NCBI GenBank assembly: GCA_000433035.1
Contig: FR890815.1
Location: forward strand, 21,800 to 85,799
DNA from: Staphylococcus sp. CAG:324
GTDB taxonomy: Bacteria > Bacillota_I > Bacilli_A > ML615J-28 > CAG-313
Length of the DNA stretch: 64,000 bases
Reading direction: 5' to 3'
The translations under genes were made by a program, and so were the position numbers. Shown piece after piece: positions 20,197 through 30,212 of the stretch (positions within the stretch are counted from its first letter, which is position 1; every line of letters begins with the position of its first letter). The notes below the pieces were generated by a model. It saw nothing but the letters and a program-made list of their open reading frames with translations, had not been told where the DNA came from and did not search any database.

Positions 20197-21322
20197 GGCT
20201 ATTTTGTTAATGGCAGGTGCGTCAACTAGATTTCATAGTAATCGTAATAAAACAATCTATCAAATCAATCAAAAGCCATTATATTTATATAGCCTAGATT
20301 TATTTTATCAACATCCTAAAATTGCGGCAATTACAGTAGTATGCCATCAAACTATTATAGATGAAGTTTATGAAACAATCAAACAAAATTACGATTTAAC
20401 AAAAATTACTTTAGTTGAAGGAGGAAAAACGAGATTAGAAAGCGTTCAAAAAGCTTTAAACAATATGGTGAGCGATGTTGTTCTCATTCATGATGCTGCA
20501 AGACCGCTCATCACCAAAGTGGATATTGACAATCTAATTGAACAAAGTAGCTTTTTTTCCTGCGGAAGTTTATATCATCCTATTTATGATACGGTTAAAC
20601 AAACAACAAGTAAGGTGAAAACACTTGATCGAAATGAGTTAAAGGCTGTTTCAACGCCGCAATTTTTTACTCAACCATTATATGAAACTATCTTAAAAGC
20701 AAGTGATAATTGTAAAAATATAACAGATGAATTGCAATTATTTGAAACTAATTTTGATATTGCTTTTGTTGAAGAATCCAGAAAAAATTTAAAAGTTACC
20801 ACTTTAGAGGATTTGGAGTATGTCAATTATATCTTGACTAAAAATAATATATATAAAATTGGGCATTCTTTTGATTTTCATCCATTTGCTAAGGATCGTC
20901 TTTTATATCTTGGAGGTATTTCCTTTGATGTGGGTTTTGGTTTAATGGGGCATAGTGATGCTGATGTTGTATATCATGTTGTAGCTGAAAGTATGATGGG
21001 AGCTTTAGAAATGGGAGATTTAGGAACTCTTTTTCCAGATACGGATAGGCAATATTTAAACAAAGACTCTTGTTATTTTGTAAAAGAAGTTGTTAAAAAA
21101 TTAAATCAAGAAAATTTTGTTATTGAAAATATAGATATTATGATTTATTTAGAAAAACCTAATCTTAAAGAGTATAAATCTATCATGGCTAAAAATATCA
21201 AAAAGTTAACGAATTGTAATTATATTAATGTGAAGGCAACTACTCTAGAGAAAAAAGGTTTAATTGGAACTGGAGAAGGAATTGCAAGTGAAGCGGTTGT
21301 CTTAATTAAAAAAGTAATTTAA
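20183..21322 (+). CDS. ispDF: Bifunctional 2-C-methyl-D-erythritol 4-phosphate cytidylyltransferase / 2-C-methyl-D-erythritol 2,4-cyclodiphosphate synthase
   Basis: N-terminal IspD (LMAGASTRF, HDAARP). C-terminal IspF (IGHSFDFHPF, GHSDADV). Overlaps the upstream gene. Confidence 0.9.
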   Translation: MKKIKAILLMAGASTRFHSNRNKTIYQINQKPLYLYSLDLFYQHPKIAAITVVCHQTIIDEVYETIKQNYDLTKITLVEGGKTRLESVQKALNNMVSDVVLIHDAARPLITKVDIDNLIEQSSFFSCGSLYHPIYDTVKQTTSKVKTLDRNELKAVSTPQFFTQPLYETILKASDNCKNITDELQLFETNFDIAFVEESRKNLKVTTLEDLEYVNYILTKNNIYKIGHSFDFHPFAKDRLLYLGGISFDVGFGLMGHSDADVVYHVVAESMMGALEMGDLGTLFPDTDRQYLNKDSCYFVKEVVKKLNQENFVIENIDIMIYLEKPNLKEYKSIMAKNIKKLTNCNYINVKATTLEKKGLIGTGEGIASEAVVLIKKVI

Positions 21323-21372
21323 AATTACTAAAAATAGTATTTGAATAATATAATAAAATAGAAGGTGTGTAT

Positions 21373-22008
21373 ATGAAAAAATTCTTACTTCTATTTTTTA
21401 TTTTTTTAATTCCTATTTTATTATTGACCATGATTGATAATTATTTTAGTAAAAAATCTGATTTGTATATTGAAAAAGAAGTAACGACGATTATTTCGGA
21501 TATTTTAGCAGAATCAATTGAAAAAAATAATGTTTTAAATGATACAGATAATATTTTAAATTATAAGTATAATACAGATGGGAAAATCAGTAGTATCTAT
21601 ATAGATAGTACCAAAACAAGTAAAATAATTTCTTCTATGAATTTAACATTGTCAAAATTGTTGAGGGATGGTACAATTGAAGAATCAGTCAAAGATATCA
21701 ATATGCCGCTTGGTATGCTTGTATCCAGAGCATTGTTTACCACTTTAGGTCCTGATATCAAAATAGAAGTGTTGCCGGTTTCTTCATATCAGACGGATAT
21801 ATATACAAATCTTGTTGATTATGGTATTAATAATTCTTTATTTGAATTGTATCTGAAAGTAAATATTAAGGTTGAAACAATTATTCCTTTAAAAACATCT
21901 CAAATTGATTATCATACAAATTTGTTACTTTCATCCATTGTTATTCAAGGAGAAGTTCCATATTACTACTATATGGGAGAAGGAGCCATCCAATCGTTAC
22001 CACTTTAA
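21373..22008 (+). CDS. Membrane-anchored hypothetical protein (possible YunB-like)
   Basis: Start placed at the ATG at 21373 after GAAGGTG. N-terminal signal anchor. No firm motif. Confidence 0.45.
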   Translation: MKKFLLLFFIFLIPILLLTMIDNYFSKKSDLYIEKEVTTIISDILAESIEKNNVLNDTDNILNYKYNTDGKISSIYIDSTKTSKIISSMNLTLSKLLRDGTIEESVKDINMPLGMLVSRALFTTLGPDIKIEVLPVSSYQTDIYTNLVDYGINNSLFELYLKVNIKVETIIPLKTSQIDYHTNLLLSSIVIQGEVPYYYYMGEGAIQSLPL

Positions 22009-22015
22009 AATAAAG

Positions 22016-22055
22016 AAAAATACAATATCAATGAAAAATGATATTGTATTTTTTT
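22016..22055. terminator. Bidirectional rho-independent terminator
   Basis: 15-bp stem AAAAATACAATATCA / TGATATTGTATTTTT flanked by A/T runs, between convergent genes. Confidence 0.55.
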
Positions 22056-22100
22056 AATTTTTAAGATATTCACATGATTGATTATATTTAATCATAGTAT

Positions 22101-22478
22101 TTATGCAACCTCAGCTTCTCCTTCTGGAGTTTTTTCTTTAAAAATAGTATAACCAAGAAGAATCGTTCCGACTAAAATAAAAACACTTCCTGTTAATCTT
22201 ATTTTTTCTAGCGTATTGTCGTAGTTTACTTTTTGTTTGCTTTCAATATAAAACTCATAATTTCTTTTAACAAAATATATATATAATAAGATGGAAATGA
22301 CTATAATCAAGCGATATATTTTTAGGGCATTAGAAATTTGTGAAATATCGCCGATAAGAATTGCGTTTTCAATAATTGCATTTGCTCTAATATTTAAAAG
22401 ATTTAGTATAATAAAAATAATAGATAAATTGTCTTCAAATTTGAGTCTTGTATAAGTTTGGGTTGATTGATTATTCAT
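22101..22478 (-). CDS. Small integral membrane protein, function unknown
   Basis: 125 aa with three predicted TM helices and no recognisable domain. Only long minus-strand ORF in this interval. Confidence 0.45.
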   Translation of the reverse strand: MNNQSTQTYTRLKFEDNLSIIFIILNLLNIRANAIIENAILIGDISQISNALKIYRLIIVISILLYIYFVKRNYEFYIESKQKVNYDNTLEKIRLTGSVFILVGTILLGYTIFKEKTPEGEAEVA

Positions 22479-22589
22479 ATTAATATATATGAAAAAGATA
22501 CTTTAATTATACAAAAGTAAAATGAAAAACAAATTTTAACCTAAAATAAATAAAATGGTGTATAATAATAAAGAAAAAGGTGAATGTAA

Positions 22590-22838
22590 ATGAATAACGA
22601 TAAAACAATTAAATTAATAAAACAAACAATTAAAAAATTAAGACCCTATCTGAATGCCGATGGTGGTGATTTAGATTTTGTTAAATTTGAAGATGGTATT
22701 GTTTATGTTAGACTTCTTGGAGCTTGTATTGGCTGTTCATCAAGTGATGATACAATCACCAATAGCGTTGAGGCATTGTTATTAGAAGAAGTGCCAGGCG
22801 TCATTGGTGTAGAAGTAGTAGAAGAGGAAAGCATATGA
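22590..22838 (+). CDS. NifU-like (Nfu-type) Fe-S cluster scaffold domain protein
   Basis: RBS AAAGGTGA. CxxC in LLGACIGCSSS, typical of the NifU C-terminal domain. Confidence 0.8.
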   Translation: MNNDKTIKLIKQTIKKLRPYLNADGGDLDFVKFEDGIVYVRLLGACIGCSSSDDTITNSVEALLLEEVPGVIGVEVVEEESI

Positions 22839-23170
22839 AACCAGGAGATATTGTAAATGGTAAAATTACGAATATTTTAGGCTATGGTGCTTTTGTTGTA
22901 GTAGGAGAGTATGATGGCCTTGTACATATTTCAGAATTTTCAGACAATTATGTTAAAAATATCAATGATTTTGTAAAGGTAGGTCAAGAATTAAGATTAA
23001 AGGTTTTAGAGGTTGATGAGGAAAATCATCGTATAAAACTAAGTTATAAACAACTTCACAAAACCAGAGGGATTAGATGCAAAATACCAGAGTATAAAAT
23101 TGATTTTGAACCGCTTGCGGAAAAATTACCCGAATGGATTGAAGAATATAAGGAAGACAAAAATGAATAA
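22835..23170 (+). CDS. S1 RNA-binding domain protein (general stress protein 13 / YugI-like)
   Basis: Single S1 domain (GKITNILGYGAFVVV...GLVHISEF...VGQELRLKVLEVD). Confidence 0.8.
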   Translation: MKPGDIVNGKITNILGYGAFVVVGEYDGLVHISEFSDNYVKNINDFVKVGQELRLKVLEVDEENHRIKLSYKQLHKTRGIRCKIPEYKIDFEPLAEKLPEWIEEYKEDKNE

Positions 23171-23705
23171 GAAGATAGTAGGAATCATATTGGCGATATG
23201 TTTTACTTTAACCCTAATAGGATGTAAAAAGAGGAATATAATGAAAGATTATCCGTCATTGAATGATAAAAATCATATATATAAAGAAGTGCAAATTGAT
23301 GATGTGATTACAATGTTAGAGGATAAGGAATCCTTTTATTTGGTAATGGGGTTTCCTGAATGTCCATGGTGTCAAGCTTTAATGCCCGTTTTAAATGAAG
23401 TTGCTAAAGATGCTGCTGTTGAGGTTGTTTACTATTTGTGTATCAAAGAAATTCGGGATAATGAAAAAGCAAATGGTCATGACTTATATCTTGAACTTGA
23501 AAATAATTATTTCAAGGAGGCTCTTGATTTAAGTAATAATCGTCTTAATGCACCAACATTTGTGAAAGTAGATAGGGGAATAATGGTCAAATATCATTTA
23601 AATACTACGCAAGATCATATCAAAAATGAGAATGGTGTTTTACCACCATTAACACAAGAACAAAAAAATGAACTTGAAAATATTTTAATGGATTTTTTTA
23701 AGTAA
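23163..23705 (+). CDS. Thioredoxin-fold lipoprotein with a CPWC active-site motif
   Basis: Start at the ATG at 23163 (AGGAAG RBS), overlapping the upstream stop. Lipobox LTLIGC. GFPECPWCQ motif. Confidence 0.7.
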   Translation: MNKKIVGIILAICFTLTLIGCKKRNIMKDYPSLNDKNHIYKEVQIDDVITMLEDKESFYLVMGFPECPWCQALMPVLNEVAKDAAVEVVYYLCIKEIRDNEKANGHDLYLELENNYFKEALDLSNNRLNAPTFVKVDRGIMVKYHLNTTQDHIKNENGVLPPLTQEQKNELENILMDFFK

Positions 23706-23718
23706 ACCACGCATAAAG

Positions 23719-24426
23719 TTGCTTTATGAAAATAAAATGTCAATAGGTGAGATTTTGAAAAAATTGAAAAAAAACATTTTATTTTTACTTTTTGCTATTT
23801 TAGTATGTATTACGTTCTTTTCAGTTAAAAAGGTTGTAGCAATATCTAATGAAAAAACGCATTTTATTTATATTGATGCAGGTCATGGTGGTTTTGATGG
23901 TGGAGCTACGTCACTTGACAAAACTATAATTGAAAAAGATATTACATTAAAAGTATGTTTATATTTAGAAGCCTATTTTAAAAAGACTGGTTTAAAAGTA
24001 AAATTGACAAGATCAAAAGATGAGGCTTTAGCAAAATCTAAACGCGATGATATTTTAAAAAGAGTTAGTTTGATTAATGATTCTGCTTGTGATATATATA
24101 TATCTATTCATGCAAATGCTTATCCTTCTTCATCAGTCAAAGGAGCACAAACTTTTTATAACAAAAATTTAGAGGATAATCTCCTTCTAGCAAGTAAAAT
24201 TATGAACTACTTGTATCTAGTTGATTCGACTAATAAAAGGGTTCCTAAAGATATTAGTGGAAAATATTTACTTGATAATACACAGAAAGTTGGTTGTTTG
24301 GTAGAATTAGGATTTTTAACCAATGAAAGTGATTTGGAAAAATTAACAGATGATGAGCAATTAAGAAAAATATCGTTAATGATATATCTTGGAATTTTAG
24401 AATATTTAGAGGAAAAAGGTTCATGA
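23719..24426 (+). CDS. N-acetylmuramoyl-L-alanine amidase (Amidase_3, CwlD-like)
   Basis: IYIDAGHGGFDGGA zinc-binding region and YISIHANA. The start is uncertain: TTG at 23719 or ATG at 23737. Confidence 0.75.
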   Translation: MLYENKMSIGEILKKLKKNILFLLFAILVCITFFSVKKVVAISNEKTHFIYIDAGHGGFDGGATSLDKTIIEKDITLKVCLYLEAYFKKTGLKVKLTRSKDEALAKSKRDDILKRVSLINDSACDIYISIHANAYPSSSVKGAQTFYNKNLEDNLLLASKIMNYLYLVDSTNKRVPKDISGKYLLDNTQKVGCLVELGFLTNESDLEKLTDDEQLRKISLMIYLGILEYLEEKGS

Positions 24427-24908
24427 AAAATTTAGTACTAAAAATTAGTAGTATCGAACAAATGCAATGCCTTGCATATGATATTACTTGTTTTGCCCAA
24501 CCATCTACCATCATCGCTTTAAATGGTGATTTAGGTGCGGGCAAAACAACATTTACAAAAGGGATTGGTAGGGCTCTTGATGTTGAAAAGGTAATCAATA
24601 GTCCGACCTTTACAATTATGAAAATATATGATGCAAGAAAAAAAGTGAATGGAATTGATAAACTCTATCATTTAGATGTTTATCGCTTAAGTAATAGTAG
24701 CAATGATTTTGAATTAGAGGAATATTTTTATCAAAAAGGATTAACAGTTATTGAATGGGCAAGTATTATTGATGACTTATTGCCAGATGATACATGGTTT
24801 ATTGATATATATCAGTTAGATGAGAATACAAGAAAAGTCATTCTTAAAAATTTTCCTCATATGGTAGTTGATAAAATAGGTGAAAAATATGAAATTATTT
24901 ATGGATAG
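24423..24908 (+). CDS. tsaE: tRNA threonylcarbamoyladenosine biosynthesis ATPase TsaE
   Basis: P-loop LNGDLGAGKTTFTKGI. Size and context with tsaB/tsaD. Confidence 0.85.
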   Translation: MKNLVLKISSIEQMQCLAYDITCFAQPSTIIALNGDLGAGKTTFTKGIGRALDVEKVINSPTFTIMKIYDARKKVNGIDKLYHLDVYRLSNSSNDFELEEYFYQKGLTVIEWASIIDDLLPDDTWFIDIYQLDENTRKVILKNFPHMVVDKIGEKYEIIYG

Positions 24909-25479
24909 TTCGACAAATTATTTATATCTTGCTTTATATGATAATCATCAAGAAATCGATAGTTTAGTAAGAGATGGCAAACAGAAACATTCAGAAACAA
25001 TTATTGATTATTTAGAGGCTTTTCTATTAAAAAATAATTTGAATGTTGATGATTTAGATAGTATCTTTGTTGGCAGAGGACCTGGTTCTTATACGGGTGT
25101 AAGAATTTCGGGAACGATTGCTAAAGTATTGGCTCTTGTTAAAAATTTAAAGTTATATAGTTTTTCTTCTTTAGATTTAATGATGGTATCTAATATAAAT
25201 AATAATGGGAAATTTTTGGTAAGAATAATTGCCAAAAAGAATCATAGTTATTATAAATTGGCTTCCATTATGCATCAAAAAATTACTTTTGAAAGTGAGG
25301 ATACCTTTTCACATGATGCATTATTAGAGCCTTTAAAAGAGTATAAGGTGATTGAGGTTAGTGCAGACTTATTTCAAACTAAACAATTGTCTACCTATTT
25401 GTTTGAACAAAATTTATATAAAGAAGAAGATATTTTTCAATATGTTCCTAATTATTTAAGAAGTGAAATCAATGGTTGA
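24889..25479 (+). CDS. tsaB: tRNA threonylcarbamoyladenosine biosynthesis protein TsaB (inactive Kae1 paralog)
   Basis: ATG at 24889 after AGGTGA. YeaZ-like N-terminus (MKLFMDSSTNYLYLAL) and GPGSYTGVRI. Confidence 0.8.
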   Translation: MKLFMDSSTNYLYLALYDNHQEIDSLVRDGKQKHSETIIDYLEAFLLKNNLNVDDLDSIFVGRGPGSYTGVRISGTIAKVLALVKNLKLYSFSSLDLMMVSNINNNGKFLVRIIAKKNHSYYKLASIMHQKITFESEDTFSHDALLEPLKEYKVIEVSADLFQTKQLSTYLFEQNLYKEEDIFQYVPNYLRSEING

Positions 25480-25903
25480 AATTAGAGAATTAAAAAAAGA
25501 AGATATTGATAGGGTAGTTTATTTAGAAGAAACCTTTTTAGGGGAATCTTTGGGTAAAGAAATCTTAGAAGAAGAGTGTGATTCTAAAATTGCTAAATTT
25601 TATGTAGCTACAATTCATGATACAATTGTAGGTTATATTGGTAGATATGCTTATTTAGATGAGGCGGAAATTTTAAATTTTGTTGTTGATGAAGCATATC
25701 AACGTCAAGGAATTGGTCAAAAATTATTGAATAAAATCAAAGAAGATTTGCCATCTTTAAAAAAAATAACGTTAGAGGTTCGTGCATCTAATCAAAAAGC
25801 CATTTGTTTTTATCAAAAAAATGGTTTTTATCTACTTTATAAAAGAACAAATTATTATAGCAATCAAGAGGATGCTTTAGTTTATATGAAGGAGTATATA
25901 TGA
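25472..25903 (+). CDS. rimI: Ribosomal-protein-alanine N-acetyltransferase RimI (GNAT)
   Basis: GNAT motif YQRQGIGQKLL. Conserved position between tsaB and tsaD. Confidence 0.8.
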   Translation: MVEIRELKKEDIDRVVYLEETFLGESLGKEILEEECDSKIAKFYVATIHDTIVGYIGRYAYLDEAEILNFVVDEAYQRQGIGQKLLNKIKEDLPSLKKITLEVRASNQKAICFYQKNGFYLLYKRTNYYSNQEDALVYMKEYI

Positions 25904-26868
25904 AAATATTAGCAATTGAATCGAGTTGTGATGAAACAAGCGTTGCCATTGTAGAAGATGGCAAAAAGGTTTTATGCAACGTTGTTTATACACAAATTGA
26001 AATTCATAAAATGTATGGTGGGGTTGTGCCTGAGGTTGCTAGTAGACACCATATTGAAAAAATTACTTATGTAATTGATGCGGCAATGAAAGAGGCTCAA
26101 TTGAATTATGTTGATATTGACAAAATTGCGGTAACTAGTGAACCGGGATTAATTGGTTCTTTGATGGTTGGTGTGAATGCGGCAAAAGCGATTGGCCTTG
26201 CTTATCATATAGAGGTTGTTATGGTGAATCATATCTATGGTCATATTTATGCAAACTATTTAGAGGATGATTTTGTTTTTCCTTTAATCGCTCTTGTTGT
26301 TTCTGGCGGTCACACTGAACTAGTTTTGATGAAAAATCATTTTGATTTTGAAATATTAGGTCAGACGTTAGATGATGCTGTAGGAGAGGCCTATGATAAA
26401 GTTGCTCGTGTTGTAGAAGTCGGTTATCCTGGTGGTCCTGTTATTGATAAGATGGCAAAACTTGGCAAGCCAACCTATGTTCTTCCCCATATAAAACTTG
26501 CAAAAGATAGTTATGATTTTAGTTTTTCTGGTTTAAAGTCAGCGGTAATCAACCTTTATAACAAATGCAAAATAAAAGGTGAAAAATTGGATTATTATAA
26601 TCTTGCTGCAAGTTTTCAAGATGCAGTAATTGATGTTTTGGTATCAAAAACAATTAGAGCTGCACAAGAATATCAAGCAAAGCAAGTAATAATTGCCGGA
26701 GGGGTTGCTGCTAACTCGGGCTTAAGACAGAAAATGAAAGAAGAGGTAGCCAAATTAAATAAGAAGTTTACTGTTCCTTCAATTAAAAATTGTACGGATA
26801 ATGCTGCCATGATTGGAGTTGCTGGATATTTTCAAATATTATGTGATCAATCAAGAAAAGATATTTAG
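25900..26868 (+). CDS. tsaD: tRNA N6-adenosine threonylcarbamoyltransferase TsaD
   Basis: Kae1/Gcp motifs (ILAIESSCDETSVAIV, metal-binding HIYGH, GGVAAN). Confidence 0.9.
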   Translation: MKILAIESSCDETSVAIVEDGKKVLCNVVYTQIEIHKMYGGVVPEVASRHHIEKITYVIDAAMKEAQLNYVDIDKIAVTSEPGLIGSLMVGVNAAKAIGLAYHIEVVMVNHIYGHIYANYLEDDFVFPLIALVVSGGHTELVLMKNHFDFEILGQTLDDAVGEAYDKVARVVEVGYPGGPVIDKMAKLGKPTYVLPHIKLAKDSYDFSFSGLKSAVINLYNKCKIKGEKLDYYNLAASFQDAVIDVLVSKTIRAAQEYQAKQVIIAGGVAANSGLRQKMKEEVAKLNKKFTVPSIKNCTDNAAMIGVAGYFQILCDQSRKDI

Positions 26869-26882
26869 ATATATCTTTTTTA
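26856..26882 (+). terminator. Rho-independent terminator of the tsa cluster
   Basis: AAAAGATAT-TTAG-ATATCTTTT followed by TT. Overlaps the tsaD stop codon. Confidence 0.55.
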
Positions 26883-27141
26883 TATCACTCACATATAAAA
26901 GTAGGATTGCCTATTAAGCAATTCCATTGAATTAAAAAAGTAGGTATGATATAATAAATTTGAAGAATTTGGTTTTTTTGATGAAAGACTAAATTTACTA
27001 AATTCAAAAAAGTGTTTGATGTATATTATATTATGCACACATATATCAAAATTGCTAGCGCAAAGGGTATACATCAGTATGCTTTTTGCGTTTTTAAATA
27101 GTTTAAAAATAAAAAATATATAAATAGAAGAGGAGGCCAAT

Positions 27142-28776
27142 ATGGCAACAAAAAACAATTTACCTATGAGTGAAATCGGTGCTCATAACAAAAAGGTATT
27201 CAGCCGTATCCGTACAACAATTGAAAGTGCATTTTATCGTAACAATGTTGTTGAAGTAACATCTTTAGCACAAGCGTATGAACTTGCAAAAAATTCAAGT
27301 GGAACAATTGTAACTGATCAACCCATTGTAAATCCTGAAAAATTTGGATTACCTAAAGATGCTAAAGTTTTACTTTATAATGATGGGAAAGTAACAGGAC
27401 GTCAAGCAAAATTACGCCGTTTAGTAGATGAAACGAATGTTGAAGAATATGCTGGATATGTTCGTGAAGTTGTATTTGCATCACGCAATAAAAAGATGTA
27501 TCACGCTATGGCATATGTAGGTCTTGATAAGAAATTTATGTTAAAAGCCCATTTATTAGTACCAGAAGGATATGAAAATACCTTATATTCTTGGATTTTA
27601 AATTTCCAAACTGTTAATGAAGAATATACTAAAATGTATCATGATTCTCTTGTTTTAGATGAAGGGGATATCTATATTTATTCTGATCCAGATATGTATA
27701 CAGATCGTTTCCCAGAAGGACTTGCTTTATTTGATCAAGCTCACAATTGTGCTATGATTTGTGGTATGAGATATTTTGGTGAACATAAGAAAGGTACATT
27801 GACACTTGCTTGGAGTATTGCGGAGAGAAATGGTTATACTGCATGCCATGGTGGACAAAAACGCTTTAATTTCAAAGATGGTTCATCAACTGTCATTGGT
27901 GTATTTGGTCTATCTGGTTCTGGTAAATCAACAATTACTTTATCAAATCATGGTGGTAAACTTGACACAACTGTTTTACATGATGATGCATTTATTATTT
28001 CTAATAAAGATTGTTCTTCCATTTCACTTGAACAATCATATTTTGATAAAACTCAAGATTATCCACTAGACAATCCTCAATCAAAATATTTCTTGACTAT
28101 TCAAAATTGTGGTGCCACTCGCAACAATGAGGGGAAACTTGTACCAGTGACTGAAGATATTTGTAATGGTAATGGTCGTACTGTTAAATCAGTTCTTGCA
28201 ACAGGAAATCGTGAATATGCATTTAATACTCCGGTTGATGCTATCTTTTGGATTATGAAAGATAAATCACTTCCTCCTGTTGTAAAAGTAAATGATCCTG
28301 CTTTAGCATCAGTTATGGGTGCAACTCTTGCTACAATGCGTTCTACTGCTGAACAAGTATCAGCGGATGAATTGAATAAACTTGTTTTCGTTCCATATGC
28401 TAATCCATTTAGATTATACGAATTACATAAGGATTATGAACATTTTAAACAATTATTTGAAGAAAAGCATGTTGATTGCTATATTATCAATACTGGTTTC
28501 TTCTTAGATACAAAAGTTACACCAAAAGTTACGCTTGGTTTAATTGAAGAAATTGTTCAACATCAAGCAAAATTTGTTCCATTTGGACCATTTACACAAC
28601 TTGAATATTTACCACTTGAAGGATATGAAGTAAACTTTGGTGATAAAGAATATCTTGAACTTGTTAAAAATCAAATGGCATCAAGACTTGATTATGTGAA
28701 TAGTTTAAAAGGTACACGTGAAGAATTACCTACTGATGCAGTAGAAGCAATTAAAAAAGTTACTACTGAATGCTAA
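27142..28776 (+). CDS. pckA: Phosphoenolpyruvate carboxykinase (ATP)
   Basis: RBS GAGGAGG. ATP-PEPCK kinase-1a P-loop GLSGSGKST. 544 aa. Confidence 0.9.
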   Translation: MATKNNLPMSEIGAHNKKVFSRIRTTIESAFYRNNVVEVTSLAQAYELAKNSSGTIVTDQPIVNPEKFGLPKDAKVLLYNDGKVTGRQAKLRRLVDETNVEEYAGYVREVVFASRNKKMYHAMAYVGLDKKFMLKAHLLVPEGYENTLYSWILNFQTVNEEYTKMYHDSLVLDEGDIYIYSDPDMYTDRFPEGLALFDQAHNCAMICGMRYFGEHKKGTLTLAWSIAERNGYTACHGGQKRFNFKDGSSTVIGVFGLSGSGKSTITLSNHGGKLDTTVLHDDAFIISNKDCSSISLEQSYFDKTQDYPLDNPQSKYFLTIQNCGATRNNEGKLVPVTEDICNGNGRTVKSVLATGNREYAFNTPVDAIFWIMKDKSLPPVVKVNDPALASVMGATLATMRSTAEQVSADELNKLVFVPYANPFRLYELHKDYEHFKQLFEEKHVDCYIINTGFFLDTKVTPKVTLGLIEEIVQHQAKFVPFGPFTQLEYLPLEGYEVNFGDKEYLELVKNQMASRLDYVNSLKGTREELPTDAVEAIKKVTTEC

Positions 28777-28810
28777 TTTATAGCATAAAATTTTTTGAAG
28801 GAGAATCACA

Positions 28811-30205
28811 ATGAGTGTTAAAATCGTTGATACTTGTTTAAGAGATGGGCATCAATCACTTCTTGCTACTCGTCTTACGACAGAAGATATTTTACCAATT
28901 GCAAGTCTTTTAGATAAGGCTGGGTATTATGCTTTAGAAGTTTGGGGAGGAGCAACCTTTGATGCATGTCTTCGTTTCTTAAATGAAGATCCATGGGAAA
29001 GATTACGAGCAATTCGTAAAGCTTGTCCTAATACTAAATTACAAATGTTATTTAGGGGACAAAATATTTTAGGATATCGCCATTATTCAGATGAACTTGT
29101 TGAAAAGTTTGTTCAAAAATCATTAGAAAATGGAATTGATATTATTCGTGTTTTTGATGCCTTAAATGATTTACGTAATTTAAAAAGTGCAGTTGATGCT
29201 ACGAATAAATATAAAAAACAGTATGGCGGTCACTGCCAGATTGCCTTATCTTATACAACAAGTCCTGTACATACTATTGATTATTATGTATCACTGGCTA
29301 AAGATGTTGAAAAAATGGGGGCTGATTCTATTTGTATCAAAGACATGGCAGGAGTATTACTTCCAGCCGATGCCTATGAATTGATATCAAAAATGAAAGC
29401 AGCTGTTAAACTTCCACTTGAATTGCATACACATTGTACTGGTGGTGTTGCTGAAATGACAGTGATGAGAGCTATTGAAGCGGGTATTGATATTGTTGAT
29501 ACTGCTTTATCGCCACTTTCAGGAGGTACAAGTCAACCATGTACGGAGGCTTTAGAATATGTACTTCAAGGAACTCCATACGATCCAAAATTAAATTTAG
29601 AATATCTTAAAAAGGCATGCGATAAATTAACTATTGTCAAAGATCGTTTTCTTGCTAATGGTGGATTAAATCCTAAAGCTTTAACTACCAATCCTAATAT
29701 TTTAAAGTATCAGGTTCCTGGTGGTATGCTTTCTAATTTGATGAGTCAGTTAAAAGGGCAAGGAGCAATGGATAAATATGAAGAGGTTTTAAATGAAATT
29801 CCTCGAGTTAGAAAAGATTTAGGTTATCCTCCTCTTGTTACCCCCCTTTCACAAATGGTTGGTACACAAGCTGTTATGAATGTTATTAGTGGTGAACGAT
29901 ATAAGATGAGTCCTGCTGAGGTTAAGGCATATTTAAAAGGCGAATATGGCAAAGCTCCTGCTTCAATTGATGAAGATATTCGTAAAAAAATTATTGGTGA
30001 TGCTTTAGTGATTACGCATCGTCCAGCCGATGATATTGCACCTGAATTTGATGCGATGAAAGCAAAATATGCAAATATTGTAAAATCAGATGAAGATGTT
30101 TTATCATGTGCATTATTTGAAAATGTTGCAGTAAAATTCTTAGAAAATCGTAATGCACCAACATTACAAGATGAAGTAGAAGAATTTGATGTATTAATTG
30201 GTTAG
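28811..30205 (+). CDS. Oxaloacetate decarboxylase alpha subunit, carboxyltransferase (5S/HMGL-like) domain only, without a fused biotinyl domain
   Basis: HMGL-like TIM barrel (VKIVDTCLRDGHQS, metal-binding HTHCTGG). Ends with a PycB-type association region but no AMKM biotinylation site. Confidence 0.85.
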   Translation: MSVKIVDTCLRDGHQSLLATRLTTEDILPIASLLDKAGYYALEVWGGATFDACLRFLNEDPWERLRAIRKACPNTKLQMLFRGQNILGYRHYSDELVEKFVQKSLENGIDIIRVFDALNDLRNLKSAVDATNKYKKQYGGHCQIALSYTTSPVHTIDYYVSLAKDVEKMGADSICIKDMAGVLLPADAYELISKMKAAVKLPLELHTHCTGGVAEMTVMRAIEAGIDIVDTALSPLSGGTSQPCTEALEYVLQGTPYDPKLNLEYLKKACDKLTIVKDRFLANGGLNPKALTTNPNILKYQVPGGMLSNLMSQLKGQGAMDKYEEVLNEIPRVRKDLGYPPLVTPLSQMVGTQAVMNVISGERYKMSPAEVKAYLKGEYGKAPASIDEDIRKKIIGDALVITHRPADDIAPEFDAMKAKYANIVKSDEDVLSCALFENVAVKFLENRNAPTLQDEVEEFDVLIG

Positions 30206-30212
30206 GTGAATT

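Noticed and set aside
26883-27141. Possible attenuator/hairpin (AGCGCAAAGGG...GCTTTTTGCG) upstream of pckA
   Set aside because: The stem is short and imperfect. It could not be distinguished from chance pairing in AT-rich sequence, so it is not called.
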